A stretch of DNA of 64,000 nt, taken from NCBI GenBank assembly GCA_040377305.1, contig JBEIPA010000014.1, positions 32,001 to 96,000 of the forward strand. Reading direction: 5' to 3'. Every line of letters begins with the position of its first letter. Positions within the stretch are counted from its first letter, which is position 1. Under the pieces are notes generated by a model that worked only from the letters and a program-made list of their open reading frames with translations, did not search any database and was not told where the DNA came from. Positions 10,662-20,277 of the stretch are shown here, piece by piece. The position numbers were made by a program, and so were the translations under genes. The stretch comes from Flavobacteriales bacterium. GTDB taxonomy: Bacteria > Bacteroidota > Bacteroidia > Palsa-965.

Positions 10662-11033
10662 TCAATCATTGATGACAAGCATATCCTGCACGTCATACGT
10701 TTTGGGGGTTACCACCACATCAAAACTTCGAACGAAACAGAATAGTTCGCCCCACATGAGTTGTAGCTTCAGCTTACGTACAGGCAATTTGTCTTTCGGA
10801 TAATTTCCGGACTCCTGTGCGTTCTTGTCTACAACGTACAGTGTCACCGTCGGGTGATTTTCCGAAATGTACACTTTCAATGCCACCGGATCATAACGAT
10901 CGGGATCATAATCCGCAACGCCAGCAAGAAATGTGTAGAACGCATTCTGATCATGCAGGTCGAGTGATGCCATTCCGGTAAAATCATGTCCTTCCTTTTC
11001 GAACGGCTGCTCTTTGGTAGTGTGCGGTTTCAT
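10662..11033 (-). CDS. hypothetical protein
   Basis: 123-aa ATG ORF with plausible composition. Confidence 0.65.
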   Translation of the reverse strand: MKPHTTKEQPFEKEGHDFTGMASLDLHDQNAFYTFLAGVADYDPDRYDPVALKVYISENHPTVTLYVVDKNAQESGNYPKDKLPVRKLKLQLMWGELFCFVRSFDVVVTPKTYDVQDMLVIND

Positions 11034-11072
11034 TTTGTTTACGGTTAATGTGTTTCACGAATTGGCTTAACG

Positions 11073-11112
11073 AAAAATAATCCCCGGACCTTTATCGTCG
11101 CGGGGATTTTTT
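11073..11112. terminator. intrinsic terminator-like hairpin
   Basis: aatccccg...cggggatt flanked by A and T runs, downstream of the minus-strand low-complexity gene. Confidence 0.5.
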
Positions 11113-11240
11113 CTACAGGGTTATTAGTGCTGCCACACATCGAAAAAGAGGGCCCTGTAGAATTTTTTGCTGCCGCGTACCCGACCGTTTTTAACCAACC
11201 AACTCTAGGAAAACGATCGGGCATACGCGGAGCTCATTAT

Positions 11241-12689
11241 TTATTTGCGACGATCATTGGTGCGTCGTGAGTTTGATTGTCCCTCGCGTGAAGATGATCC
11301 TCCACGATTTGAAGAACGATTCCGGTCAGAAGACGATGAAGAACGGTTGTCGTCATCGTAACGTGATGTGCGCTCGTCGTTATAACGGCGATCACTGTTG
11401 TCATCATCTTCTGAATAAGATGAACGATTGCTCGAGCGTGTTTCGTAACGGTCATCATCATCGCCGTGGCGACTTGACTCCTGTTGCCATGTGTTGCGAT
11501 TGTCGTTGCCCCACATTCCTCGACGCGAGTTCTCGTCTGAAAATTCATTGTTTCCGCGCTCAGATGAACGGTTGTTCGATCCTTCATAGCCGCCGCTCCA
11601 GTCATTCGTACGTTGCTGGTTCTGGTAACCATCGCCGAAGTACTGATTGCCTTCGTTACGCGTGTTGCTGCGTGAATCGCCACGGTTCCATGAACGATCG
11701 TCATTACCCCAACCTTCTGATTGGTTCATGCCGCTGTTACCGCGTCCACGATTAGTAGACCAGCTACCGTTCCCGCTGTTGCCTTGACGATATTCAGCGT
11801 TTCCGCCGTATCCGTGTCCACCAGAATACTGGTCGCCGCCTTCGTTGCGGCTGGATCCGAAGTTGCGATGCTGATTGTACTCCTGACCTGAACCTTGTTC
11901 TCCGTAACCACCGCGATTGTATTGTGACTGCGATTCATTGCCGCCATAATTCATATTGCCATAGCCCTGGTTGTTGCCACCACCAAACTGCTGGTTGCCT
12001 TGACGATACTGTTGAGTGTCGCCAAAATTCCCACCACCGTGTTGTTGACCGCTTCCGAATTGGTTGTCCTGACGATACTGCTGGTTGCCACCACCAAATT
12101 GTTGGTTGCCCTGACGGTACTGCTGATCATTCCCTTGATTCTGCCAACCCGATTGCTGGTTGTGTGATCCGTATTGCTGGTTGCCACCGAACTGCTGGTA
12201 GCCCTGACGATGCTGCTGATCATTTCCCTGCGAACCATATTGCTCATTGCCCTGCTTGTTCTGGTTACGCGTGCTGTTCTGATCGTCACGACGATTACCT
12301 GAACGCTCGTTATCACCGAAACGTGTTTGCACTTCGTCTTCATCATCTTCACTTTCCTCAGAACCTGAAGTCATGCTGCTGCGCTTTGTGTCGCCCTCAT
12401 TTCTGTTCGACTCCGACTTCTCATTGCGATCAGTAGAAGTAGTCAACTTGCTGTCTTTACCAGCGGTGCTCTTGTTCTCAGTTTCGTAATCAGCGTTTAG
12501 CTTGCCTTCAGTGGAAATAGTGCTTTTGGATGTGGAAGTTGATTCGTCGTCATCTGAAGTGTTCGTCGCGTCCTTCTTGTCAGAAGTAGTCGCTGTTGTG
12601 TCCTTTGTGTCTTTGGCGTTAGACGACGCGTAGCCATATCGCGAAGTTGTATTGTCATCTTCGCGATCCTTTTTGCTCTTGTTGCTCAT
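11241..12689 (-). CDS. low-complexity G/Q/N/S/R/D-rich disordered protein
   Basis: Repeats QQYRQGNQQFGGG with almost no hydrophobic core; likely start MSNKSKK at 12689. Confidence 0.75.
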   Translation of the reverse strand: MSNKSKKDREDDNTTSRYGYASSNAKDTKDTTATTSDKKDATNTSDDDESTSTSKSTISTEGKLNADYETENKSTAGKDSKLTTSTDRNEKSESNRNEGDTKRSSMTSGSEESEDDEDEVQTRFGDNERSGNRRDDQNSTRNQNKQGNEQYGSQGNDQQHRQGYQQFGGNQQYGSHNQQSGWQNQGNDQQYRQGNQQFGGGNQQYRQDNQFGSGQQHGGGNFGDTQQYRQGNQQFGGGNNQGYGNMNYGGNESQSQYNRGGYGEQGSGQEYNQHRNFGSSRNEGGDQYSGGHGYGGNAEYRQGNSGNGSWSTNRGRGNSGMNQSEGWGNDDRSWNRGDSRSNTRNEGNQYFGDGYQNQQRTNDWSGGYEGSNNRSSERGNNEFSDENSRRGMWGNDNRNTWQQESSRHGDDDDRYETRSSNRSSYSEDDDNSDRRYNDERTSRYDDDNRSSSSSDRNRSSNRGGSSSREGQSNSRRTNDRRK

Positions 12690-12881
12690 AGGTTTGTTTG
12701 TTTTACTTGTGTGTTTTGTTGTGAAAAGGGTCTTGCAGGAATTACGAACGAAAATCCATGCCACTCGAGTTTATAAAACCTTAATCCCGTGATTCACAAC
12801 TAACGAGATGCAACCTCTGAATTTGGTGAGAAAAAGTTTGACGAAAAAAATCCCCGAGTGGGGAATTGTGTTTCGCACAAA

Positions 12882-12918
12882 TAAAAAAGGGGTTGCGGAA
12901 ATACCGCAACCCCTTTTA
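12882..12918. terminator. intrinsic terminator (aaaaggggttgcgg/ccgcaacccctttt)
   Basis: Perfect GC-rich stem with a T tract on the minus strand, after the HYR gene. Confidence 0.8.
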
Positions 12919-12933
12919 GCAAGAAAAATGATG

Positions 12934-15375
12934 TTATCGCTGAACCTGCAGCGAAGTTGTAGAAACTGTTCCGCTTGTAGAAGTAAACTGAACAACGTAC
13001 ACCCCTGTCGCGAATCCTTCAATGCCGATTTGTGTCTGTGAATCGACAATTGATTTCGTGAGCACAACATTTCCAAGTGCATCCATCATCACCATCGTTC
13101 CTTGTGCAGCGCAACTAAAAGTGAAAGTTGTATTCGCCGGATTTGGGAACAGCGTGAATGCTATCGCACCTGATTCTGTGATGCCGGTACATGGCACAAC
13201 CGCAATTGTGTCTGATCCGAAACCATTACAACCATTTGCGTCAGTGTAAGAATACATCACAGTAAACGTTCCATTGCCTGCTGTAGACGGAGAGAACATA
13301 TTTCCGCTCACTGCAGTCCCACTCCATGTGCCACCCGCAGGTGTACCCGTGAGTGTGTAGTTACCGTCCGTTACACAAACAGTATCCGGTGAAACGGTTG
13401 TTACCACAGGAAGTGGATTCACTGTAATGATGAATGAACAGGAGTCCATGTTTCCAGCTGAATCCATTGCAGCAAATACTGCAGGATAAACTCCAACTGT
13501 TAATGTGCTTCCTGATGTTGGACCGCTCAATTGGGTTACTGATGCACCGCAATTATCTGTAGCTGTCGGTGAATTGAACACAACAACTCCCGGACAAAAC
13601 GTAGCATCCTGCGGACATGATCCGATAATTGGTGCTTCCGTATCATTCACTGTTACCAGTTGTGTACATGTAGAAGAATTGCCACCTGCGTCTGTAACTG
13701 TATGAGTAACTGTAGTTGTTCCCACCGGGAAAACAGACGGAGCATCATTCGTCGAAGTAGTTGTACAATTGTCAGTAATCGTAAGTGAACCCAACTGAAC
13801 ATTGGATGCAGAACACATTCCGGAATCTGTAGAAACGGTTACATCCGAAGGGCAAATTACCACAGGCAGTTCAGTATCAGATACTGTAATTGTGAATGAA
13901 TCTGTATCTATATTTCCGGAAGGATCAGTAGCAACATAAATCACTGTAGTTACTCCTACCGGGAAAGCGTCACCCGAATTAAAATTAGAGCTTAGGGTTG
14001 CAGTGCAATTGTCCTGCGCGTTAGGAAGTGTCCATGTAACAACCGCGGTGCACATGCCGGGATCGTTATTCACTGAGATATTCGCCGGTAAATTAGCAAC
14101 CACCGGTGCTTCATTGTCACTCACCGTAACTGTAAACGAAGATGTGTCGGCGTTTCCGGAAGGATCTGTCGCAATAACATCTACCAGAGTAGTTCCTACC
14201 GGGAAAAAGTCGCCACTGTTCATTGTCGAGGTTATCACGGATGTACAATTGTCCGGTGCTGAAATTGCTGCCCAGGTTACAACTGCGCCACACTGACCTG
14301 CATCATTCGCTTGTGAAATAGCGGATGGTACATTCGCAAGAACGGGTACTTCATTATCAATTACAGTGATGTCAAAGCTGCACGATGCAGTGTTCACACC
14401 GTCAGTGCTCGTGAATGTATTTGTTGTTGTTCCTACCGGGAAAACAGATCCGGAAGGCAGTCCCGCAGTTTGAACAACCGAAGGCGTTCCTGCCGCGTAA
14501 CCAATGATTACTCTGCCGTTTCCTGGGCGAACACCGGTTTGCATCACAACGTTTGTTGCAGCAGGAATTGCATAGCCGCTTCCACCGCCGCCGCCGCGAC
14601 AATTTCCGCTTGCAGCACCACCGTACCAACCGCCACCACCGCCATAAACTTCACAACCACAACCTGTGATTGATCCGCCAAAACCAAAGCCACCTGCACA
14701 TGCAATAACGTTGAAGTTTACACACGTTCCATCAGCACCGCCTCCAATTTGTGTTCCGCCCTTCCCACCGGGATTAGCTGCAAAACTTGGATCACGATAA
14801 CCATCACCGCCGGTCAGACCACCGCCTGCTCCACCCACAACATGCAACGAGCTCCAATAGCCAGCACCACCGCCGCCACCAGCTACAACTACGCGATCAT
14901 TATATGTTATGCCGCCGATACGAACATCTGTTCCACCGCCGCCACCTTTTCCTGCGCCTTCACCGCTTCCGCCGCCGTTAAATCCTCCAGCGGTTGTTGT
15001 TGCTTGCCCACCAACAAAAATGTACAGAGTTGATCCCGGAGTAACGGCAACATCAGCTGCAACATATCCGCCCAGGTTGGTATTGTTTATCCAGTTAGAG
15101 CCGCCCTGTGCGCCCCACGTCTGAATAGTAACAGATGTTACGTTAGGCGGAACCACAAACGTTTCCATCGCGCCCGTGTAATCAAATGTGTCCAGGTTTG
15201 CGGCCGGACAAGTGTAAGCCGTAACAGCCGGTGTTGTGTAATTCACAACCGCACCACACGTTCCTGCGTCGTTACTTACCGTCGTGTTGCTATTACAGGA
15301 AATTTGTAAGCATTGTGCAGAAGCACTCACGCAGATTGTTGTTGCGACGAGCACTGTGTAAAGTTTTTTACTCAT
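12934..15375 (-). CDS. T9SS-secreted glycine-rich and HYR-repeat surface protein
   Basis: Signal peptide, Gly-rich domain (WGAQGG...GGGGG), HYR repeats (FPVGTT.V...ATD.SGN), C-terminal LFPNPA...GVYVV sorting domain. Confidence 0.88.
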   Translation of the reverse strand: MSKKLYTVLVATTICVSASAQCLQISCNSNTTVSNDAGTCGAVVNYTTPAVTAYTCPAANLDTFDYTGAMETFVVPPNVTSVTIQTWGAQGGSNWINNTNLGGYVAADVAVTPGSTLYIFVGGQATTTAGGFNGGGSGEGAGKGGGGGTDVRIGGITYNDRVVVAGGGGGAGYWSSLHVVGGAGGGLTGGDGYRDPSFAANPGGKGGTQIGGGADGTCVNFNVIACAGGFGFGGSITGCGCEVYGGGGGWYGGAASGNCRGGGGGSGYAIPAATNVVMQTGVRPGNGRVIIGYAAGTPSVVQTAGLPSGSVFPVGTTTNTFTSTDGVNTASCSFDITVIDNEVPVLANVPSAISQANDAGQCGAVVTWAAISAPDNCTSVITSTMNSGDFFPVGTTLVDVIATDPSGNADTSSFTVTVSDNEAPVVANLPANISVNNDPGMCTAVVTWTLPNAQDNCTATLSSNFNSGDAFPVGVTTVIYVATDPSGNIDTDSFTITVSDTELPVVICPSDVTVSTDSGMCSASNVQLGSLTITDNCTTTSTNDAPSVFPVGTTTVTHTVTDAGGNSSTCTQLVTVNDTEAPIIGSCPQDATFCPGVVVFNSPTATDNCGASVTQLSGPTSGSTLTVGVYPAVFAAMDSAGNMDSCSFIITVNPLPVVTTVSPDTVCVTDGNYTLTGTPAGGTWSGTAVSGNMFSPSTAGNGTFTVMYSYTDANGCNGFGSDTIAVVPCTGITESGAIAFTLFPNPANTTFTFSCAAQGTMVMMDALGNVVLTKSIVDSQTQIGIEGFATGVYVVQFTSTSGTVSTTSLQVQR

Positions 15376-15490
15376 TTTTTTCTGATTTGAGTTCTCGAAT
15401 TCATTAATCGTCCCAACTGTTAAAGTCGGGGTCGGTTTCATGTTAGAATATTAGCCTGTGCAATTTAGCCCAATTTCTCCAACTGAAAAC

Positions 15491-16720
15491 TCAATATTGG
15501 CGGATAATCTTCATTCTTTCTCCCCCGCAATTCAGGATATAGACAGCGGGAATAAGCGGCGTGAGATCGATCGTTTCCTCACACGTGGGTAAAGTGCCTG
15601 AAAGAACTTGTTCACCCAACGCGTTTTCTAGCGTGAATGCTGTTCCTTCGGCACCATAGACAATAATAGAATCCTGTGTTTTTGCGGGATGAACCGCGAC
15701 TGAAATCCATGGCACAATCATGGGTTCCTCCACGTGATAATTTCTACGTGGATTTCTATACGATGAATAATTGTACCCGTAATAAGATTCACTTCTGCGA
15801 ACAGAAATTGTGTCAGAAATCTCAAGTTCCGCCAAGCCAACCGGCATAGAAATCTGAAGAACATGCCCATTCCCCAGTGCAACTTTTCGCGCCGATTCAT
15901 TCCCATGAAAGACCAAATCCATCAGTGCGTCTGTCATGCGGAATAATGTGTAGTGATCCATTGCGTCATAACAATGGAGTGTGTTGGGTGCAACATGATT
16001 GGCATCATACGCGTAATTTCCCGCGTCGGAAGAACGGATGTAAACCATGTCCTTTTCCTCTTTTGGAATACTGATGTTTCTGAAAATATCAATTGCCATC
16101 CGGTGATCACACACCGCATCTTCGTCATAAATGAAACTCAACAACCTGGTATTCTCCGGATAATTCTCCAGCTGCTGCTGTGAAATTGCGTACGAATACC
16201 ACTGTGCAGAAGTCACAATAAACCTGCCGTTGCTTCCCCAATTATCGTGTTTGAAAAAATCATAGGCAATAGCAAAACTCGCGCCACCACCGAATGAATG
16301 TCCAACAAAACCAATACGTGTTGTATCAATCAACCGCGGATAATTTTTTACTGCGTAACGAAATCCAGTGTTGAGATTGTGATAACGCGTAAGTGTAGGC
16401 TGCGAAGTTGGGGAAGGAACAAATACGACGGAATAACCTTTCGATACAATCAGGTTTATGAACGGACGATAACCGTATGGTGTATTCGCACCATTACCTC
16501 CGAGGAAAAATACAGTGGGAGCCGGTGCAGAAATATCCTTTGGAAAATAAACGAATGAAACAAAAGTAGAGTCGGCAGGATTCACGAACAACACCGAATC
16601 AACTGCATGTGTGCCGAATGATCCGTAACCCATTACCGGCGCTGGAACCGGACCCGTAAAGTATTGTGCAAAGCAAGAACCGTGCATCAACATCAGCAAT
16701 CCGAATACCAAGCATTTCAT
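15491..16720 (-). CDS. secreted alpha/beta hydrolase with T9SS-like C-terminal domain
   Basis: GFVGHSFGGG nucleophile elbow; paralogue of the next gene; likely start MKCLV. Confidence 0.8.
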   Translation of the reverse strand: MKCLVFGLLMLMHGSCFAQYFTGPVPAPVMGYGSFGTHAVDSVLFVNPADSTFVSFVYFPKDISAPAPTVFFLGGNGANTPYGYRPFINLIVSKGYSVVFVPSPTSQPTLTRYHNLNTGFRYAVKNYPRLIDTTRIGFVGHSFGGGASFAIAYDFFKHDNWGSNGRFIVTSAQWYSYAISQQQLENYPENTRLLSFIYDEDAVCDHRMAIDIFRNISIPKEEKDMVYIRSSDAGNYAYDANHVAPNTLHCYDAMDHYTLFRMTDALMDLVFHGNESARKVALGNGHVLQISMPVGLAELEISDTISVRRSESYYGYNYSSYRNPRRNYHVEEPMIVPWISVAVHPAKTQDSIIVYGAEGTAFTLENALGEQVLSGTLPTCEETIDLTPLIPAVYILNCGGERMKIIRQY

Positions 16721-16813
16721 ATTTGTTAAACGTATTATTCGCAGGATCAATTCGGGATTTTCGTCCCGTGTCTATTCCCGATGTATAAGCGGACTGTTTA
16801 AGCGCACTGCTGG

Positions 16814-18037
16814 TCATTTCATAAAGCGGTATGTTGTTGCTCCGCATTGCAAAACATACAGTCCAGACGGTAAATACGCAATCGATATTTCAACACGTTC
16901 TGCTCTTGCATAATCTTCTGCAATAACCTGACCGAGTGCATTCACCAGACAATAAGTAGTGCCCGGATTGACATTTTTTATACAAATAAAATCACTGTAA
17001 GGTGTAACCACGGTGATCTCATGTTCTTCACCCGGCACAACAGTTGGAATTCCACAGTACATGTAACGTGGATTGCCCGGAACCGAACACGGATAACCAT
17101 AGCTGCCTTCCGCGTGCCATGCAGACAGTGTGTCACTCACCACGAGCGATTGAAGTCCAGGCGGCATGCTAATCTGCTGTACCGAGCCGTCACCCAGACA
17201 AACATTTCTCGCAGCGTTATTTTGGTTGAAGGTTAAATCCATCAACGCATCGAGTAACCGAAAAACCACATACGCATCCAACGCATCGTAAGTTGTTGTG
17301 TTTAATGCGGTGTGCGATGACTGATATGAATAGGACTGATACTGTGAAGATCTGACTAATACCATATCCTTATCAGCCGAAGGAATTCCAATGTGATTGA
17401 AAACGTCAATACCCATACGATGATCGCACACATTATCTTCATCATAGAAAATATTGAGAAGATAAGTCGCTGATGGAAATGTCTGGAGTTGCGGTTCGGA
17501 AATTAACAACGTGTAATGAGAAGCGACCGGCATGAGAAATCTTCCATTGCTTCCCCAGTTGAACATGGTGAATAAATCGTAGCTGATATAGTAGCACGCA
17601 GAACCTCCGAACGAGTGTCCGACAAATCCTACTCGCGTTGTGTCGATAATGTTCGGATAGTTGCGAGCTGCTTCTGTAAAGCCAATATACATCTGTGCGT
17701 AATCCATTACGGCATTACTTCCATCGTGCGGAGCAAACACACAGGCGAATCCTTTCGAAGCGATAAAGTGAAGCAACCAGCGACAGTATGCAGGACTTTC
17801 TCCGTTAAGTCCGTGCAGAAAAAATACGGTTGGGATCGCACTGTTTGTTCCCTGCGGGTAATAAATGAGGGATGTGTCGGTTCCGTTTCCGGCATTATAA
17901 AATTCTATGGAATCGACCTGATGGGAACCCCAGGCGCCGTAACCAGACGTCGGTGCAGCAATAGGACCGCTATAAAGTTGGGCATGCAAAAAGATTGTGG
18001 CACAAATTGACGACAAAGTCAATAGAAAACTCTTCAT
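16814..18037 (-). CDS. secreted alpha/beta hydrolase with T9SS-like C-terminal domain
   Basis: FFLHG and GFVGHSFGG motifs; C-terminal NALGQ...LPSGLYVL. Confidence 0.82.
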   Translation of the reverse strand: MKSFLLTLSSICATIFLHAQLYSGPIAAPTSGYGAWGSHQVDSIEFYNAGNGTDTSLIYYPQGTNSAIPTVFFLHGLNGESPAYCRWLLHFIASKGFACVFAPHDGSNAVMDYAQMYIGFTEAARNYPNIIDTTRVGFVGHSFGGSACYYISYDLFTMFNWGSNGRFLMPVASHYTLLISEPQLQTFPSATYLLNIFYDEDNVCDHRMGIDVFNHIGIPSADKDMVLVRSSQYQSYSYQSSHTALNTTTYDALDAYVVFRLLDALMDLTFNQNNAARNVCLGDGSVQQISMPPGLQSLVVSDTLSAWHAEGSYGYPCSVPGNPRYMYCGIPTVVPGEEHEITVVTPYSDFICIKNVNPGTTYCLVNALGQVIAEDYARAERVEISIAYLPSGLYVLQCGATTYRFMK

Positions 18038-18113
18038 TCTTCTCGTTCTGGTTTCCGGATATGCTAAGCTAATCTATTGATTTTGCCCCACACAAGATCC
18101 ATTCAACAACAAT

Positions 18114-18707
18114 CTACTGCAGATTATCCGTTGGGAGAAAGAATGAGTCTGCAGAAATCGTGTCGCTTTCATCCATGAGAATGAAAGATAAATCGTAGTA
18201 ATACACATTCAGCTTACCATAGCCATAACCCATTTCTTCAACGAGTTCAACGCGGGCAGGACGTTTTCCGTTTTTGATTTCCCAGGTGAGCGCCACGCCA
18301 TCATCTGTGGCAGGTCCAAAACGATCTGTGAAATATGATGTGATGTCGGTATACCACTCTGTTGCTGTTTCTTCATCCATCAAATAGATGTCGAGCGTAA
18401 GTGCGTACAATCCTGCTGAATCAAATTCGCAATCCCAGGTGAAATGTTTCTGTTCATCAAAACGCCCTTCAACGAGCAGGTAGTCCACATCTTCTTCGGT
18501 TATACTATCGCCCGGGGCGAGCATTTTCTTTATCTCCTCTTTCGACATGCCAAGTGAAATGCCGTGAAATAAAGAATCGTCGCTGTAGAATATTTTCTGA
18601 ACGAGTGGTGTGTGCGTTAAGAGCAATTTGTTGTTCACTTCCGGTTCGCTTGAACACGACGCCAGCAGTATAACGCTCAAAAGACTGCTATATAGAAACG
18701 TTCTCAT
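18114..18707 (-). CDS. putative lipoprotein
   Basis: Lipobox LLASC. Confidence 0.7.
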   Translation of the reverse strand: MRTFLYSSLLSVILLASCSSEPEVNNKLLLTHTPLVQKIFYSDDSLFHGISLGMSKEEIKKMLAPGDSITEEDVDYLLVEGRFDEQKHFTWDCEFDSAGLYALTLDIYLMDEETATEWYTDITSYFTDRFGPATDDGVALTWEIKNGKRPARVELVEEMGYGYGKLNVYYYDLSFILMDESDTISADSFFLPTDNLQ

Positions 18708-18728
18708 TCCGCCTCAAAGGTACGCAAG

Positions 18729-19242
18729 ATGTGCCGATGTGCCGATATGCCGATGTGCCAATATGCCGATGAATGAAACAATGAATCAATCAAATGTGCT
18801 ATCTAGTTTTCTGAACCTCCTTTTGCACTAACGATGATTTTGTTCAACACTTTGTTAATTGACTTAAGGTCCGTTTGTAAATCTCCCGGATCCGGCAATT
18901 CAGGCGACTGCGCACATAATTTTAACCAAAATGCAGTTTCATCTCCTTCTTTGGCCGCAATCTTCATCTTATGAATGAAATCCTTTTTGCTTTCCGCATT
19001 TTGAGCTTCACTTACGTTGGCACCAATCGAAGTGCCGGAATCAAATAGTTGTTGGGCCATGGAGCTTATCCCAGCTTTTTTCACCTCGAGGTGAAATGAA
19101 ATTATTTTCACCGCAAATTTTTCGGTTAGTTCTACAATTAGGTTTCCTTTTTCCATAAAATAATAAAGTTGAATGAGTAAATATTAAAACATCAAATCGG
19201 TAAATTCAATCGGCATATTGGCACATCGGCATATCGGCACAT
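18729..19242. mobile_element. four-helix-bundle gene cassette bounded by 34-bp perfect inverted repeats built from 8-nt units
   Basis: 18737-18770 is the exact reverse complement of 19209-19242 (atgtgccgatatgccgatgtgccaatatgccgat). Confidence 0.6.
18803..19156 (-). CDS. four helix bundle protein (23S rRNA IVP-like family)
   Basis: QLFDSGTSIGANVSEA...DFIHKMKIAAKEGDET.FWL signature. Confidence 0.9.
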   Translation of the reverse strand: MEKGNLIVELTEKFAVKIISFHLEVKKAGISSMAQQLFDSGTSIGANVSEAQNAESKKDFIHKMKIAAKEGDETAFWLKLCAQSPELPDPGDLQTDLKSINKVLNKIIVSAKGGSEN

Positions 19243-19266
19243 AATTCAGGTTGTAGTAAAGGTTAG

Positions 19267-19989
19267 TTACTCCGTAATTACGCAAGCTTTTGAGTCGAGT
19301 AAAACCTCACCACGAAATCGTCGAAGCACTTGCGCCACAGTAAAAACATCCTTCTGACAGTAAGTAACAATACGTGGAAGATTTTTCTCCGTGTAGTAAA
19401 CATGCGCGACCATACTGCCGTCTATATCATCTTTCGGCGTTGGGATTCCCAATGAAGCAGCGAGCAACACAAGCGAAGTATAACTCTTGTAATCGCCGAA
19501 CTTCCAAAGCTCCATGGTGTCGAGGTGCGGAATCTCCCATGGCTTTTTGCCGGCGATATCGAGCATATTCGGCAGCTGCACACTGTTAATGATCATACGT
19601 CGTGCGATGAATGGAATGTCGAATTCCTTAATGTTGTGGCCGCATAAACGATGTTCCGGACGAGCGTAATGTTTGCGCAGAAGATTTGCGAAATCAGTAA
19701 GCAGAATTTTTTCATCGTCGCCTGCGAACGATTTCATGCGGAAGGTCTGGCTGCCGTCTGTCCACGATAGTATACCCACCGTAATGCAGATTATCTTTCC
19801 GAACTCGGCGTAAATTCCAGCGCGACCGTATAACGACTGCGCGGTTTCATCCTCATTGCGGCGCAACGTTTCTGCTTTTTTGTTCCACAGCGCTTGCCAT
19901 GATTCGGGCACGGAATTGTAGTCGGGATAAAGAGGGACGGTCTCAATGTCGATAAATAAGACGTTCTCGGGATTGATTTGCTGGTACAT
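19267..19989 (-). CDS. PolB-like 3'-5' exonuclease family protein
   Basis: FIDIETVP, GHNIKEFDIPF and YCQKDV (DEDDy-type) motifs. Confidence 0.88.
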   Translation of the reverse strand: MYQQINPENVLFIDIETVPLYPDYNSVPESWQALWNKKAETLRRNEDETAQSLYGRAGIYAEFGKIICITVGILSWTDGSQTFRMKSFAGDDEKILLTDFANLLRKHYARPEHRLCGHNIKEFDIPFIARRMIINSVQLPNMLDIAGKKPWEIPHLDTMELWKFGDYKSYTSLVLLAASLGIPTPKDDIDGSMVAHVYYTEKNLPRIVTYCQKDVFTVAQVLRRFRGEVLLDSKACVITE

Positions 19990-20070
19990 AAATCAGTTAT
20001 GATTGGAGGTTTGTAATTTGAGATTTTCACCGCAAAGCAAATAAACAGGGTTCGAATTAGCCGTACAACA

Positions 20071-20154
20071 AACGTTTATAGTCGTTTGTAAGTACTTGTA
20101 AGCGTTTGTAAGTACTTGTAAACGTTTGTAAGCATTTGTAAACGTTTGTAAACG
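20071..20154. repeat. 10-bp period tandem repeat (about 8 units, consensus AACGTTTGTA/AGTACTTGTA)
   Basis: Directly visible periodicity in a divergent intergenic region. Confidence 0.8.
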
Positions 20155-20277
20155 GCTAGCGTCCGAAGTGCATTTGGCGACAATTTCGAGTAAATAATAC
20201 CAGATTCGGCGAAATATCCCCGTTTTTATCCCTTCGCCCGACTCCCGACTCCCATCTCTTTCGTATTTTTATCCTCT

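Noticed and set aside
20071-20154. CRISPR or iteron array
   Set aside because: Contiguous 10-bp units with no spacers and no rep or cas gene nearby
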